Assembly (NCBI GenBank): GCA_951406725.2
Contig: OX597827.1
Coordinates: forward strand, 77,996,001 to 78,060,000
Length of the DNA stretch: 64,000 nt
DNA from: Octopus vulgaris
Lineage: Eukaryota
Direction of reading: 5' to 3'
The notes beneath the pieces are model-generated. The model was not told where the DNA came from. It saw only the letters and a program-made list of their open reading frames with translations, and ran no database searches. Shown here in pieces: positions 11,883-24,199 of the stretch. The translations under genes were made by a program, and so were the position numbers. The stretch's first letter is position 1; each line of letters starts with the position of its first letter.

Positions 11883-12022
11883 CCGGAGTAAACACATAAA
11901 TGTGAAACAAGGTGGAAAAAACTGTCCGATGAACTAGCAAAAACTAGCAAAAACTGTCCGATGAACGGCAACGGGAAACTCAGAGTAACAGGTTTTGTTG
12001 AATTTTCTGCTGCTTTAAATAA

Positions 12023-12024
<2 letters not shown>
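11883..12024 (+). mobile_element. Penelope-like terminal fragment, family P3, between (TA)n tracts
   Basis: Hammerhead-like motif at 11954-11991, then ctgctgctttaaataaag; related sequence at 15995-16097. Confidence 0.55.
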
Positions 12025-12086
<62 letters not shown>

Positions 12087-12161
12087 CTGTTGTGATTTTT
12101 GCTACCCAGGTATCGGTTATCTTTTGAATAATCCGTAACAAGATAATTCATTTATCCATTT

Positions 12162-12233
<72 letters not shown>

Positions 12234-12239
12234 TTTATC

Positions 12240-12620
12240 CTTTAAATTGCTTCAGACATTAGACAGCGGTCATGCTGGAGCACTGCTTCCAAGAATTTGA
12301 GGTGAGTACTTTTTTTTAAGGCTGGTACTTATTCTATCGATTCCTTTGGACGAACTATGTTACGGGGACGTCAACACACCAACACCGATTGGCAAGAGGT
12401 GGTGAGGGAACAAGCACATAGCCACACACATGGATGCGCGCGCGCACACACGTGTATATATTCGACGGGCTTCTTTTAGTTTCTGTCTACCAAATCCACT
12501 CACAAGGCCTGGTTGGCCCGAGGTTATAGTAGAAGACGCTTGCCCAAGGTGCCACGCAGTGGGATTGAACCCAGAACCATGTGCTTGGGGAAGCAAGCTT
12601 CTTACCACATGGCTACGCTG
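12240..12620 (-). mobile_element. SINE family A, older diverged copy
   Basis: Reverse-complement alignment to family A head and tail. Confidence 0.8.
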
Positions 12621-12622
12621 TT

Positions 12623-12624
<2 letters not shown>

Positions 12625-12714
<90 letters not shown>

Positions 12715-12790
12715 CACACACATATATATATACATACATATATACATATACACATATATATATATACACATATATATATATACATACATA

Positions 12791-12822
<32 letters not shown>

Positions 12823-12944
12823 CATATATATATATATACATATATATATATACATATATACATATATATATACATACATATATATATACATATATATATA
12901 TACATATATATGCATATATACATATATATACATATATACATACA

Positions 12945-12985
<41 letters not shown>

Positions 12986-13152
12986 ACATATATATATACA
13001 TATATATATAGACAGCGCCCTCGCGTCTATTCGATTCGTTCGTTTCGTTCCGTTCTTATTCTCCAAGTACTGTTTTATATACATATATATACATATATAT
13101 ATATACATACATATATACATATATACATACATACATATGTACATATATATAT

Positions 13153-13218
<66 letters not shown>
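12625..13218. repeat. Long (TA)n/(TACA)n compound microsatellite
   Basis: Directly visible. Similar tracts at 8807-8906, 18700-19070, 34535-34930 and 37218-37745. Confidence 0.95.
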
Positions 13219-13220
<2 letters not shown>

Positions 13221-13224
13221 CGGA

Positions 13225-13556
13225 AATGTACTTGCATAGCAAGTGACCTGATCTGAGATCGTGTGTTGTTACGAAAACAATTGCAGCGTGGAAGGTGTTT
13301 ATAAGCCATTTAAGAAACACGTAAAAACCGTTAGATTCACTTCAACATTTAAATTTAATTTGCCAAAATATTTTCGTTATTTTGAGACCTCGACCTGTTC
13401 ACTGACAAAAGATGCAGCACGAAATTTTGTCAGTGAACAAGTCGCGGTCTCAAAGCGACGACAATATTTTGGCAAATTTAATTTAAATGTTGAAGTGAAT
13501 CTAATGGTTTTTGTATATTTCTTAAATGGCTTATAAACACCTTCCACGCTGCAACT

Positions 13557-13560
<4 letters not shown>
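13225..13560. mobile_element. Penelope-like fragment family P4 forming a 136-bp-arm palindrome
   Basis: Arms 13275-13410 and 13425-13560, 14-nt spacer, flanked by (TA)n. Related pieces at 57890-57995 and 60238-60390. Confidence 0.6.
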
Positions 13561-13636
<76 letters not shown>

Positions 13637-13801
13637 GACTAGACTAGACTACTCGTAACCCGTTTGGTCACCAGGAAAGTCTGAGTTTCCCAGCAACAGT
13701 TTTGTTTCATGGGTTTTTTTTTCTTTTCCAGGTTATTTCGTATGCTTCCAACGAATGTGATATCGAAATCATGCATAAACGGCTCCATTCCCCGGAAAAG
13801 A

Positions 13802-13920
13802 AAAGATTTGGCTGCTATTTCTTGCGCGCCCTGCTACCACGTAATAGGTTTTTCGGGTCCTTTATCGCAAATAGCTGTTACGTGGTAGCAGGGTGTGCTA
13901 GAAATAGCTGCCAAATCTTT
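13802..13920. repeat. ~45-bp-stem inverted repeat derived from a dispersed repeat (gctagaaatagcagccaaat motif)
   Basis: aaagatttggctgctatttcttgcgcgccctgctaccacgtaa pairs with ttacgtggtagcagggtgtgctagaaatagctgccaaatcttt; the motif recurs at 26090 and 48590. Confidence 0.8.
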
Positions 13921-14075
13921 GGAGCTGAGATACGTTGAATACACTCGAAAAATTTTTGTAATGGTATTCCCTTGGGGCAATCTTTGGCTTTGACTCAGAA
14001 CTGTCATCTGGTTTCGTTCGTTAATTTCCGTAAAAAATTTGTTTTAAAAGGGAAGAGAGGAGAAACTGAAAGATA

Positions 14076-14442
14076 GGCGTAGGAGTGGCTGTGTGATAAG
14101 TAGCTTGCTAACCAACCACATGGTTCCGGATTCAGTCCCCCTGCGTGGCATCTTGGGCAAGTGTCTTCTGCTATAGCCCCGGGCCGACCAATGCCTTGTG
14201 AGTGAATTTGGTAGACGGAAACTGAAAGAAGCCTGTCGTATATATATATATGTGTGTTTGTGTGTCTGTGTTTGTCCCCCTAGCATTGCTTGACAACCGA
14301 TGCTTGTGTGTTTACGTCCACGTTACTTAGCGGTTCGGCAAAAGAGACCGATAGAATAAGTCCCGGGGTCGATTTGCTCGAATAAAGGAGGTGCTCCAGC
14401 ATGGCCGCAGTCAAATGACTGAAACGAGTAAAAGAGTAAAGA
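14076..14442 (+). mobile_element. SINE family A copy
   Basis: Aligns to 1281-1691. Confidence 0.9.
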
Positions 14443-14467
14443 GATGTATGAACGTGTACATGAAATG

Positions 14468-14518
<51 letters not shown>

Positions 14519-15354
14519 CACTTACACATACATGAGAACATACACGTTCACTCACTCTCTCTCTCATACACAATCACATATACATACAAAAGAGATTTAC
14601 GCATATGTATTGATGTATGTATACATGACAACACACCCCTTAACTCTTTCTCTTTCTCTGTTTTCTCTCTATCTCTCTCTTTCTCTCTCGTTTCCTCTCT
14701 CTCTCTCTCTCCCTCTCTCTTTCACACACACGTCCATTTCGTATACAAGTACAAACATCTTTCACTGTTTCCTCTCTTTCATTTAAAATAAATGTAAATA
14801 AAAAAAAAATTTTAACAGAAATTAACGACTTGAAAATAATTCTAAAAATAACATTAAAATATTGTCTGTTTAAAGAAAGCTAAAATATAAATAATTACTA
14901 TACAAACAAACAACTTACATTTTTGAAATCACGCTCAGTTAAAAATATTTCTAAATTATTAAAACATTGTGTACGTCAAAAATCGACATTTTATTTTATG
15001 TTTAGAGAGCGCGAAAACTATGTGTGTGTGTGTGTGTGTGTGTTACAGATAGCGGACGTGTGTTTGTGTTGATTGACATGCCATGACATTCATTATATGT
15101 GAGTGTATTCAGTATGTGTGTATGTGTATTGACGTCACGCAAGCCAAGTTTTTTTAAACAAAAATTGTGTTTACTCGTTTTCATTAATAATTAGAGGTCC
15201 AAATGTCACAAAACTTTGTACTGCACTGTCGAAGGTAAGCATGAAAATAAATATTAAAAAAAAAAAAAAAAGATAAAATATACTAGTTTTGAGATATTTA
15301 GGGTACAAATAAACATCTCTAGAGTTTTAATATTATTAAGATATATATATATAT

Positions 15355-16100
15355 ATTCAATTTATTGGATCTTTAGCAACTTCAGATATTGCTTATGACA
15401 ATGTCGCCAAATTTCAAAAGTGGATAAAACAAATTCTCATACTGGGGTGGAGGGGCTGAGATTCTAACTGGGGGTGCTGAGCACCCCATAGCACCCGCAG
15501 CTACGTGCCTGTACTGCACGTGGACTCAAACAGAGATTCCTTTACGGTGACGTTAGCGTCGACGAAAAATGATGTTTTTACGTTAATATGAAGCAGTGGA
15601 AAAAATGGCTTGGTCCTGAGAAGCAAGAAAATTATCAGTATTTTGTTGGACTGGGATGGGCGAATCTTCTAAGGAATGTTTGAAAACAACCACACCATCA
15701 AAGCAGAGCTGTACATTCAAGAAATGCACCAGTTCAGCGAGGCACTCCAGCTGAAAACGATCCGACCGGCAACATGGCGTGCTTCTTCAATTGCTAATTT
15801 CACCAAAAAATGATTTTGAAAAGCTCGGTTGAGAAGTTTTAACACAGCCACCTTATTTTCCCGATAAAACGCCTTCAGATAATTATCTTTGTTGGCGGTT
15901 CTCCAACAGTCTGCCAGGCGTTCCGATCAACAACGTGGAGCTGAAGACACGGCTCTATGAATTCTTCGAGTGAAGACCCAGTGATTCCTAGCGTTTGTGA
16001 TATTTTTGCTGCTTTTAAATAAAACCTATTACTCTACCTCTGGTATTCGAGTACTATTTTTTTTCACCTTGTTTCGCATTCACGTGCTTACTCTTGTATG

Positions 16101-16169
<69 letters not shown>

Positions 16170-16948
16170 TTCTTTTTTCTATCATTTACTTTAATCTTTG
16201 TTTTTCATCAACAATCTTAACAAATTAATTTACATCAAATTTTTGCTCACAACTTCTTGCCAATGTCCCACTAGCCTGTCAAATAGTCTGACGCTAGGAA
16301 TCACTGGGTCTTCACTCGAAGAATTCATAGAGCCGTGTCTTCAGCTCCACGTTGTTGATCGGAACGCCTGGCAGACTGTTGGAGAGCCGCCAACAAAGAT
16401 AATTATCTGAAGGCGTTTTATCGGGAAAGTAAGGCGGCTCTGTTAAAACTTCTCAACCGAGCTTTTCAAAATCATTTTTTGGTGAAATTAACAGTTGAAG
16501 AAGCACGCCATGTTGCCGGTCGGATCGTTTTCAGCTGGAGTGCCTCGCTGAACTGGTGCATTTCTTGTATGTACAGCTCTGCTTTGATGGTGTGGTTGTT
16601 TTCAAACATTCCGTAGAAGATTCGCCCATCCCAGTCCAACCAAATACTGATAATTTTCTTGCTTCTCCGGACCAAGCCATCTTTTCCTCTGCCATCTTTT
16701 CCTCTCATATTAACGTAAAGACATCATTTTTCGTCGACGCTAACGTCACCGTAAAGGAATCTCTGTTTGAGTCCACGTGCAGTACAGGCACGTAGCTACG
16801 GGGGGGGGGGTATGGGGTGCTCAGCACCCCCAGTTAGAATCTCAGCCCCTCCACCCCAGTATGAGAATTTGTTTTATCCACTTTTGAAATTTGGCGACAT
16901 TGTCTCATAAGCAATATCTGAAGTCGCTAAAGATCCAATAAATTGAAT
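15355..16948. repeat. Large inverted duplication: arms 15355-15994 and 16291-16948, containing a decayed mariner transposase fragment
   Basis: Arms are highly similar reverse complements. Mariner motifs: VSVDEK, and AxSDNYL.. plus RLVGHWQEVV on the minus strand at ~16250-16290. Confidence 0.9.
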
Positions 16949-17643
16949 TTGTTTTCATTTAGTAGTTAAGTTACAATTATTCCCTTGATTTGAAAGGAAG
17001 AAAATCATAGATTCTTTGAATTCAAAAGCTTTTTGAATCTATTTACATAGAGAATACGGTTATGAATACAAAAAGTATAAAACAAATGCAATTAAATACA
17101 TTAATATCCTCATTATGAAACATAAGGATTTTTCTAGAAACTTTTTCAATTCAGGTTTTGGAGAAATGATGTTGCATTTTTTGTGACAGTTACATCAAAA
17201 TTGGGGCATTTTGATGCCAGAGAAATTTGGATTCAGTCTTCAGGGTCCAATCAAACACTCTTCTTTGTTTTTATGTTCATTAGAGTGGAAAATCCTTGTT
17301 CGCAAATGTAGGCTGTTGCAAAAGGCAGCAACTTTTTGACTGAAGAAAGATTGCTATCGTAACAACAAACAGTTTTTTTTAAATATAATTTTACTTATGT
17401 CTAATGAGTCCTCATTGCCCCCAAGAAATTCGTTTTTACCCCACTTGCGGTAATTTACCCCGGTTCATCGACCCCTGATACAAATGATCACGTTATTTGG
17501 GACAAAGATAATATACAAGATCTTAAGATTTAGAGGACGATCAACAAGACAAGATGCTTTCCTTCACAATTTTAAGTTGGTCAAAATTAAATCTTGGATT
17601 AAAAAAAGAAAGAAAACATACATACATATAAACATATGCGCAC

Positions 17644-17682
<39 letters not shown>

Positions 17683-17683
<1 letters not shown>

Positions 17684-18449
17684 TGGGTCATCCTATAAAT
17701 AATGCGGTTTTTTAAAATAATTTTATTTTCTCAAAATTAAGATAAACAAAGTTCTTTCTTAATATTTTGAAGAATCCAGAATAAATGGTAATCAGATGGG
17801 GTAATGTCCAGCGAATATGGTGGGTGTGGCATTGTTTCCCATTCAAACTGCTCCAGCCTTTAGAATGTCATCCTCACTGTATGTGGCTGAGCATTATTCT
17901 GATGGAAGGACACATTTTGTCTTGAAACTGAAGATGATCGTTTTTTTTTCTTCTAGCGCTGACTTGAATGACTGGTTGAATGACCAAATCCAGGCTTCTC
18001 TACCAGTTCCTCAAAAAGTACGATGGGATTTTGTTCCACCAGGGTTTGCAGGACGTCCTCGTCGAGCTCTACAGATCTTCTAGGACGAGGCTTGTCTTCT
18101 AAGTTGTAGTTTCTGGTTCAGAATTTCTGGAACCATCGTTGACACTGACGCTTATTGTCCAATCCCCATATACTGCATTAATATTCCTCGCACTTTCCAT
18201 TATGTTGTTGCCTTTATTGAGCTGATACAGAAAAATATTCCGAATATGCTCCTTTGTCACTTCCATTATGGCTTCGAAAAGAAAACTGTTAAAATCGAAC
18301 TGCACTCTTCAAAACTTGCACTAAGAATAAGGACAAGGGAAAATTACTACCTGCTTTTCTAGCAAGTTGATGCAGGTAATTTATTCCGTTCCCTTCCAAC
18401 TTTTAGTTCATGCAGTTGAAAAAACCGCATTATTTATGGGATGATCTAA
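17683..18449 (-). mobile_element. Internally deleted mariner element with both TIRs
   Basis: TIRs ttgggtcatcctataaataatgcggtttttt and aaaaaaccgcattatttatgggatgatctaa+TA. Minus-strand MEVTKEHIRNIFLYQLNKGNN..ESARNINAVYG (mariner HTH_48-like) and HHQNNAQPHT/PHPPYSLDITPSDYHLF remnants. Confidence 0.9.
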
Positions 18450-18805
18450 TATATAAACATGTACATAAATACATACATACACACATACATAATTTCACAT
18501 ATTCATATATATACACATATAGAAATACATTCATGCATACATATATACGTGTGGCTGTGTGGTTAGATGTTTGCTTCCCAACCACATGGTTCCGGGTTCA
18601 GTCCCACAGCGCGGCCCTTGGGGAAGTGTCTTCGACTACAGCCTCGGGTCGACCAAAGCCTTGTGAGTAGATTTGGTATACGGAAACTGAAAGAAGCTTG
18701 TCGTATAAATATATGTATATATAATATATATATGTGTGTGTGTCTGTAGTGTGAATATAAACAATATATATACATATATATATATATATGCAAATACACA
18801 CACAC

Positions 18806-19430
<625 letters not shown>

Positions 19431-19447
19431 CAGATCTATCTATCTAT

Positions 19448-19488
<41 letters not shown>

Positions 19489-19708
19489 AATAAAAGAATG
19501 GAGTCGAACGAAGATTTTAACACAATTCCTTTACTTTCACCGTCCGACTCCATTCTTTAATTCATTTTAAATAATACACAAATTACCACACAAGAACACG
19601 GGGTTTCTACCCTTGGCATGCAGCTACAACCGTGTTTTCTGACGTGAATTTGCTACCCAGGTATCGATTAACAGAATTATCAATACTAGGATAATTCATT
19701 CACATACT

Positions 19709-19756
<48 letters not shown>

Positions 19757-20271
19757 AAATGCATGTCTAACACGTGTTATGTTGCGTCTGTCAAAGAGAC
19801 GTGATTCAAATGGAACAAAAAGAGTAAAATTCGTTCTAACTTTTTTTACTTCTCTAAACAACTGGACAAGGACACGTTGCAGAAATCCCCCCTCTCTCTC
19901 TCACTCTATCTGTCTGTTACGCTCTCCTTCACTCTCCCCCTCTCTCTTTCTCTCTATCGTTCTTTACCAACCATACCCCTCTCTTTCTCTATCTCTGTCT
20001 CTCTGTCTCTCTCTCTCTCTCTCACTCTATCCAAATTCCCCCTTTCCTCTCTCATGACTTCTCTCCTTTTTCTCTCAATAAACCGCCTCCTCTGACTTTA
20101 CCTTACACTTTCTTTATTTTTCTTTTACCGTCTGAACTCCCTTTCTCTTTACCGCTCTCTCTCTCTCTCTCTCTCTCTCGCTTCCTCTCGCTACCACACT
20201 CTATCTTGTCCTTATCTCCTACGCTTATTTCATTTTCTCGTTCCCCACTTATCTCACTCCTTCCCTCTCTC

Positions 20272-20322
<51 letters not shown>

Positions 20323-20887
20323 TTCGCCTCCTCTCACAGCCCCTCCTCTCTTCCACTCACACACGTCTCCATAATTATTATCTCCGTATTTAATCAAGGC
20401 AACAAACTCCACTCGTGCGACTCTCCAGTCTCTCCTTCTGTCAGGCAACATAAATAGGCATTCACTCATCCGTTAGAAATACACACGCATACCTCATGCT
20501 TACTAGCACATATATACGTATACACACATATACATTCATACACCCACATACATACACAAACACACATACACATATATACATATATACACACACATACATA
20601 CATACATACATACATACATACATACATACATACATACACACAAACATGCACACATACATACATACATACATACACACACATATATATACATACACTTTAT
20701 ATATACACTTTAGATGAGTTGTAGTGCACCTGAGCACTGTACACAATTATTATTATTATTATTATTATTATTATACACACATACATACATACATACATAC
20801 ACATACATGCATACATACATACATACATACATACATACATACATACATACATACATACATACATACATACATACATACATGAAAGGA

Positions 20888-21174
20888 CTAGCACTCCGTC
20901 GGTTTCGACAATGAGGTTTCCAGTTGATCCGATCAATTGAACAGCCTGCTTATGAAATTAACGTGAAAGTGGCTGAGTACTCCACAGACACGTGTACCCT
21001 CAACGTAGTTCTTAGGGAGATTCAGTGTGACACAGCGTGTGAGAAAGCTGGTCTTTTTGAAATATGGGTACTCCTCATTCTTGCCAGCTGAGTGGACTGA
21101 AGCAACGCGAAATAAAGTGCCTGCCGAGTATCGAACTCACGGCCTTGCCATTGCGAGCCACTAATCCACGCGCC

Positions 21175-21178
<4 letters not shown>
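20888..21178 (-). mobile_element. SINE family B-related variant
   Basis: 3' part matches family B; head diverged and related to 42680-42830. Confidence 0.7.
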
Positions 21179-21230
<52 letters not shown>

Positions 21231-21242
21231 TACATCATAAAT

Positions 21243-21630
21243 AGGTGCAGGAGTGGCTGTGCGGTAAGTATCTTGCTTACCAGCCACATGGTTCCGGGTT
21301 CAGTCCTACTGTGTTGCACCTTGGGCAAGTGTCTTCTACTATAGCCTCAGATCAACCAAGGCTCTGTGAGTGGATTTGGTAGACGGAAACTGAAAGAAGC
21401 CTGTCGTATATATAATGTGTGTGTGTGGGGGGTCTGTGTTTGTCCTCCCCCCAGCGCTTGACAACCGATGCTGGTATGTTTACATCCCCGTAACTAGCGG
21501 TTCGGCAAAAGAGACCGACAGAACAAGTACTAGGTACTAGGTTTACAAAGAATAAGTCCTGGGGTCGATTTGTTCGACTAAAGGCAGTGCTCCAGCATGG
21601 CCGCAGTCAAATGACTGAAACAAATATAAA
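21243..21630 (+). mobile_element. SINE family A copy
   Basis: Aligns to 1281-1691. Confidence 0.9.
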
Positions 21631-21639
21631 GGAATGATG

Positions 21640-22150
21640 CGGTGACCCCGGAAGGGTCTGGAAGAAGATAACAAAACAGAAAACACCTGCTGACCAAATT
21701 GAGACGGTTGGGTCAAAGGGATATTAATGGAACTTGAAAATTAAAACAGCCGGCCGGCCAGATATTATTGTGAGGGACCACAAGGAAATCAGTTGGCCGC
21801 AGGTCACCAATGTGGTTAGAAAAATACAAGAGACAAAGGACATCTATGAACCATTAATAAGGGGGTTGCGAATCCACTACCCAAGGTACAATTTCAGATT
21901 CATAACTATTGTTATTGGAGCAGCAGGGTACATACTTACCCACCGGATGCAAAATATGGTTGAACTTTGGATCTGGGAGAGAGAACGCAAATCCTTAATT
22001 CACGCACTTCAAATGATTCTGATATCTGGTTCTACAAAAATCTGCAAGACCATCTTAGGGTTTAAAGGATGATGAACGAAACAAGACGGCTTCCTTCATA
22101 ACGTTGCCCCCAGGGAGGTGGCTCGTCAAAGTGTAATCCAAATGAAAAAG
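21640..22150 (+). mobile_element. 3' end of an RLE-type (R4/Dong-like) non-LTR retrotransposon: restriction-like endonuclease remnant plus 3' UTR
   Basis: ORF 21734-22072: RPDIIVRD...P..N..RK..E.K..Y..L...IVIGA.G.I matches the PD-(D/E)xK C-terminal domain of RLE LINEs. Confidence 0.75.
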
Positions 22151-22590
22151 GAGAAAGAGAAGAGCAGACATGCATACATAGGTACGGCACCTGTCACGAA
22201 AGAGGTACGGGGGTAAATCGTACCCTGGTACCTCGGAGTTACACGAATCTCAAAAAATCTTTGTATGTATTGAAGATTTTTAACATTTTAGAAAAGGAGC
22301 CAAAAGACATTTTGGTCAAGTGATCCGTCGTTGTTTGTGTGTAAGTATGTGTGTGTGTGTGTATGCCAGCCACACACACACACACACACACACATGCGTA
22401 CATACATGCATACATACATACATACATATATACATACATACATGCATGTATGCATGCATGCATACATGCATACATGCATGCATACATACATACATACATA
22501 CATACATACATACATACATACATACATTCGCCATGCTTGACTGCTAAATCTACAAGTTTTCTTTTATGCTTTCTATTTAATTGCTCTTAT

Positions 22591-22629
22591 TCTTTTCTGA
22601 TGAAGAGCGTAGGCTCGAAACGTAAAAGA
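22591..22629 (+). ncRNA. Minimal type I hammerhead ribozyme motif in Penelope-like repeat family P5
   Basis: tctttt-CTGATGA-a-gagc(gtag)gctc-GAAA-cg-TA-aaaga: canonical core, 4-bp stem II, stem I U-run/aaaga, palindromic ACGU in place of stem III. Confidence 0.7.
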
Positions 22630-23179
22630 CTTCTTTCATTTTTCCCGAGCGTCAAACTAAAACACTTGCTTATTGTTCATACACCTGTCTTCGTCTTTTG
22701 TTAAATTCAACCATACTCACACACACACGCACGCACACATATGCATGTATGTATGTATACACACGCACACACACACATACATATGTATTATACATATATA
22801 TACAAACATGTGTGTATGTGTGTGTGTGTGTGTGTGCGTGCGTGTGTGTGTAGTGGGCTTCAGCACAATTTCCGTCTACGATGTTCACCTTAAAAATCAT
22901 TCATTAGTGAAACAAAAACCTAGAGCCTCGTGCTGTGGGATCGAACCCGGGAGCCAAATGGTTGCGAAGAACCACTCACTCTTCACAGCACTGGATGAAT
23001 TAATAAATTCGTTCAATGATTTTCTTCTTATTAATAAATTAATTCAACCATAAAAACTAAACTAAACTGCAGCCGGTGTGATTGCATCCTTATTGAGAGG
23101 ATAGTGATGGAAAGGTTCAAATGGTTTGACATTCGATTTCACACCAGGGATCCTGAAAAACGAGGGCCAAATAAATACT

Positions 23180-23317
23180 GTATGGTAAGAAATTGCTTTC
23201 CTAGTCACACAGCTTTGGGGGTTCAGTCCCACTTGGGCAAGTGTTTTCTACTATAGCCTCGGGGCGACTAAAGCCTTGTGAGTGGATTTGGTAGACGGAA
23301 ACTGAAAGAAGCCCGCC

Positions 23318-23373
<56 letters not shown>

Positions 23374-23651
23374 CCCACTACTGCTTGAGAACCGGTGTTG
23401 GTGTGTTTACATCCCCGTAACTTAGCGGCTCGGCAAAATACACCGATAGGCTTTAAAATAAAAAAAGAAGTGCTGGGGTCAATTCGTTCGACTAAGATTC
23501 TTCGAAGTTTTGCTCCAGCATGTCCGCACTCTGATGATTGAAACAAGTTAAATAACAAAATAAAAACCATGAGAGAAATGTTACAGCATGGCCGCAAACG
23601 CATTCGCACACATGAGAATGTGTCTATAGTTTTAAGTTTTATGCTTTTCAG

Positions 23652-23717
<66 letters not shown>

Positions 23718-24115
23718 GCGCTCGAGTGGCTGTGTGGTAAGTAGTTTGCTTACCAACCACATAGTGCAGGGTTCAGTCCCACTGCGTGGTCCCTTGGGCA
23801 ACTGTCTCCTACTATAGCCCTCCGGCCGGAAAAGTCTCAAGTTGATTTGGTAGACGGAAACTGAAAGAACCCCCTCGTATATATCTGTGTGTGTGCGTGT
23901 GTGTGTGTGTGTTTGTCCCCCCCCCCCCCAACATCGCTTGACAACCGATGTTGGTGTGTTTACGTCTCCGTAGCGTAGCGGTTCGACAAAAGAGACCGAT
24001 AGAATAAGTACTAGGCTTACAAAGAATCAGAGACCCGGGGTCGATTTGCTCGACTAAAGGCAGTGCTCCAGCATGGCCGCAGTCAATTGACTGAAACAAG
24101 TACAAGAATAAAGAA
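23180..24115 (+). mobile_element. Two tandem SINE family A copies (23180-23550 and 23717-24115)
   Basis: Both align to the family A consensus seen elsewhere in the window. Confidence 0.85.
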
Positions 24116-24199
24116 TACGTATATATTCATGTTACATATAATGTGTATATATGTATTTGTTATATATGTATATATGTGTGTGTGTGTGTGTGTGTGTAG

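Noticed and set aside
12430-13320. Long YI/HT/CV-repeat ORFs (also 18563-19176, 34319-35044, 37133-37958)
   Set aside because: Translations of (TA)n, (CA)n and (TACA)n microsatellites.
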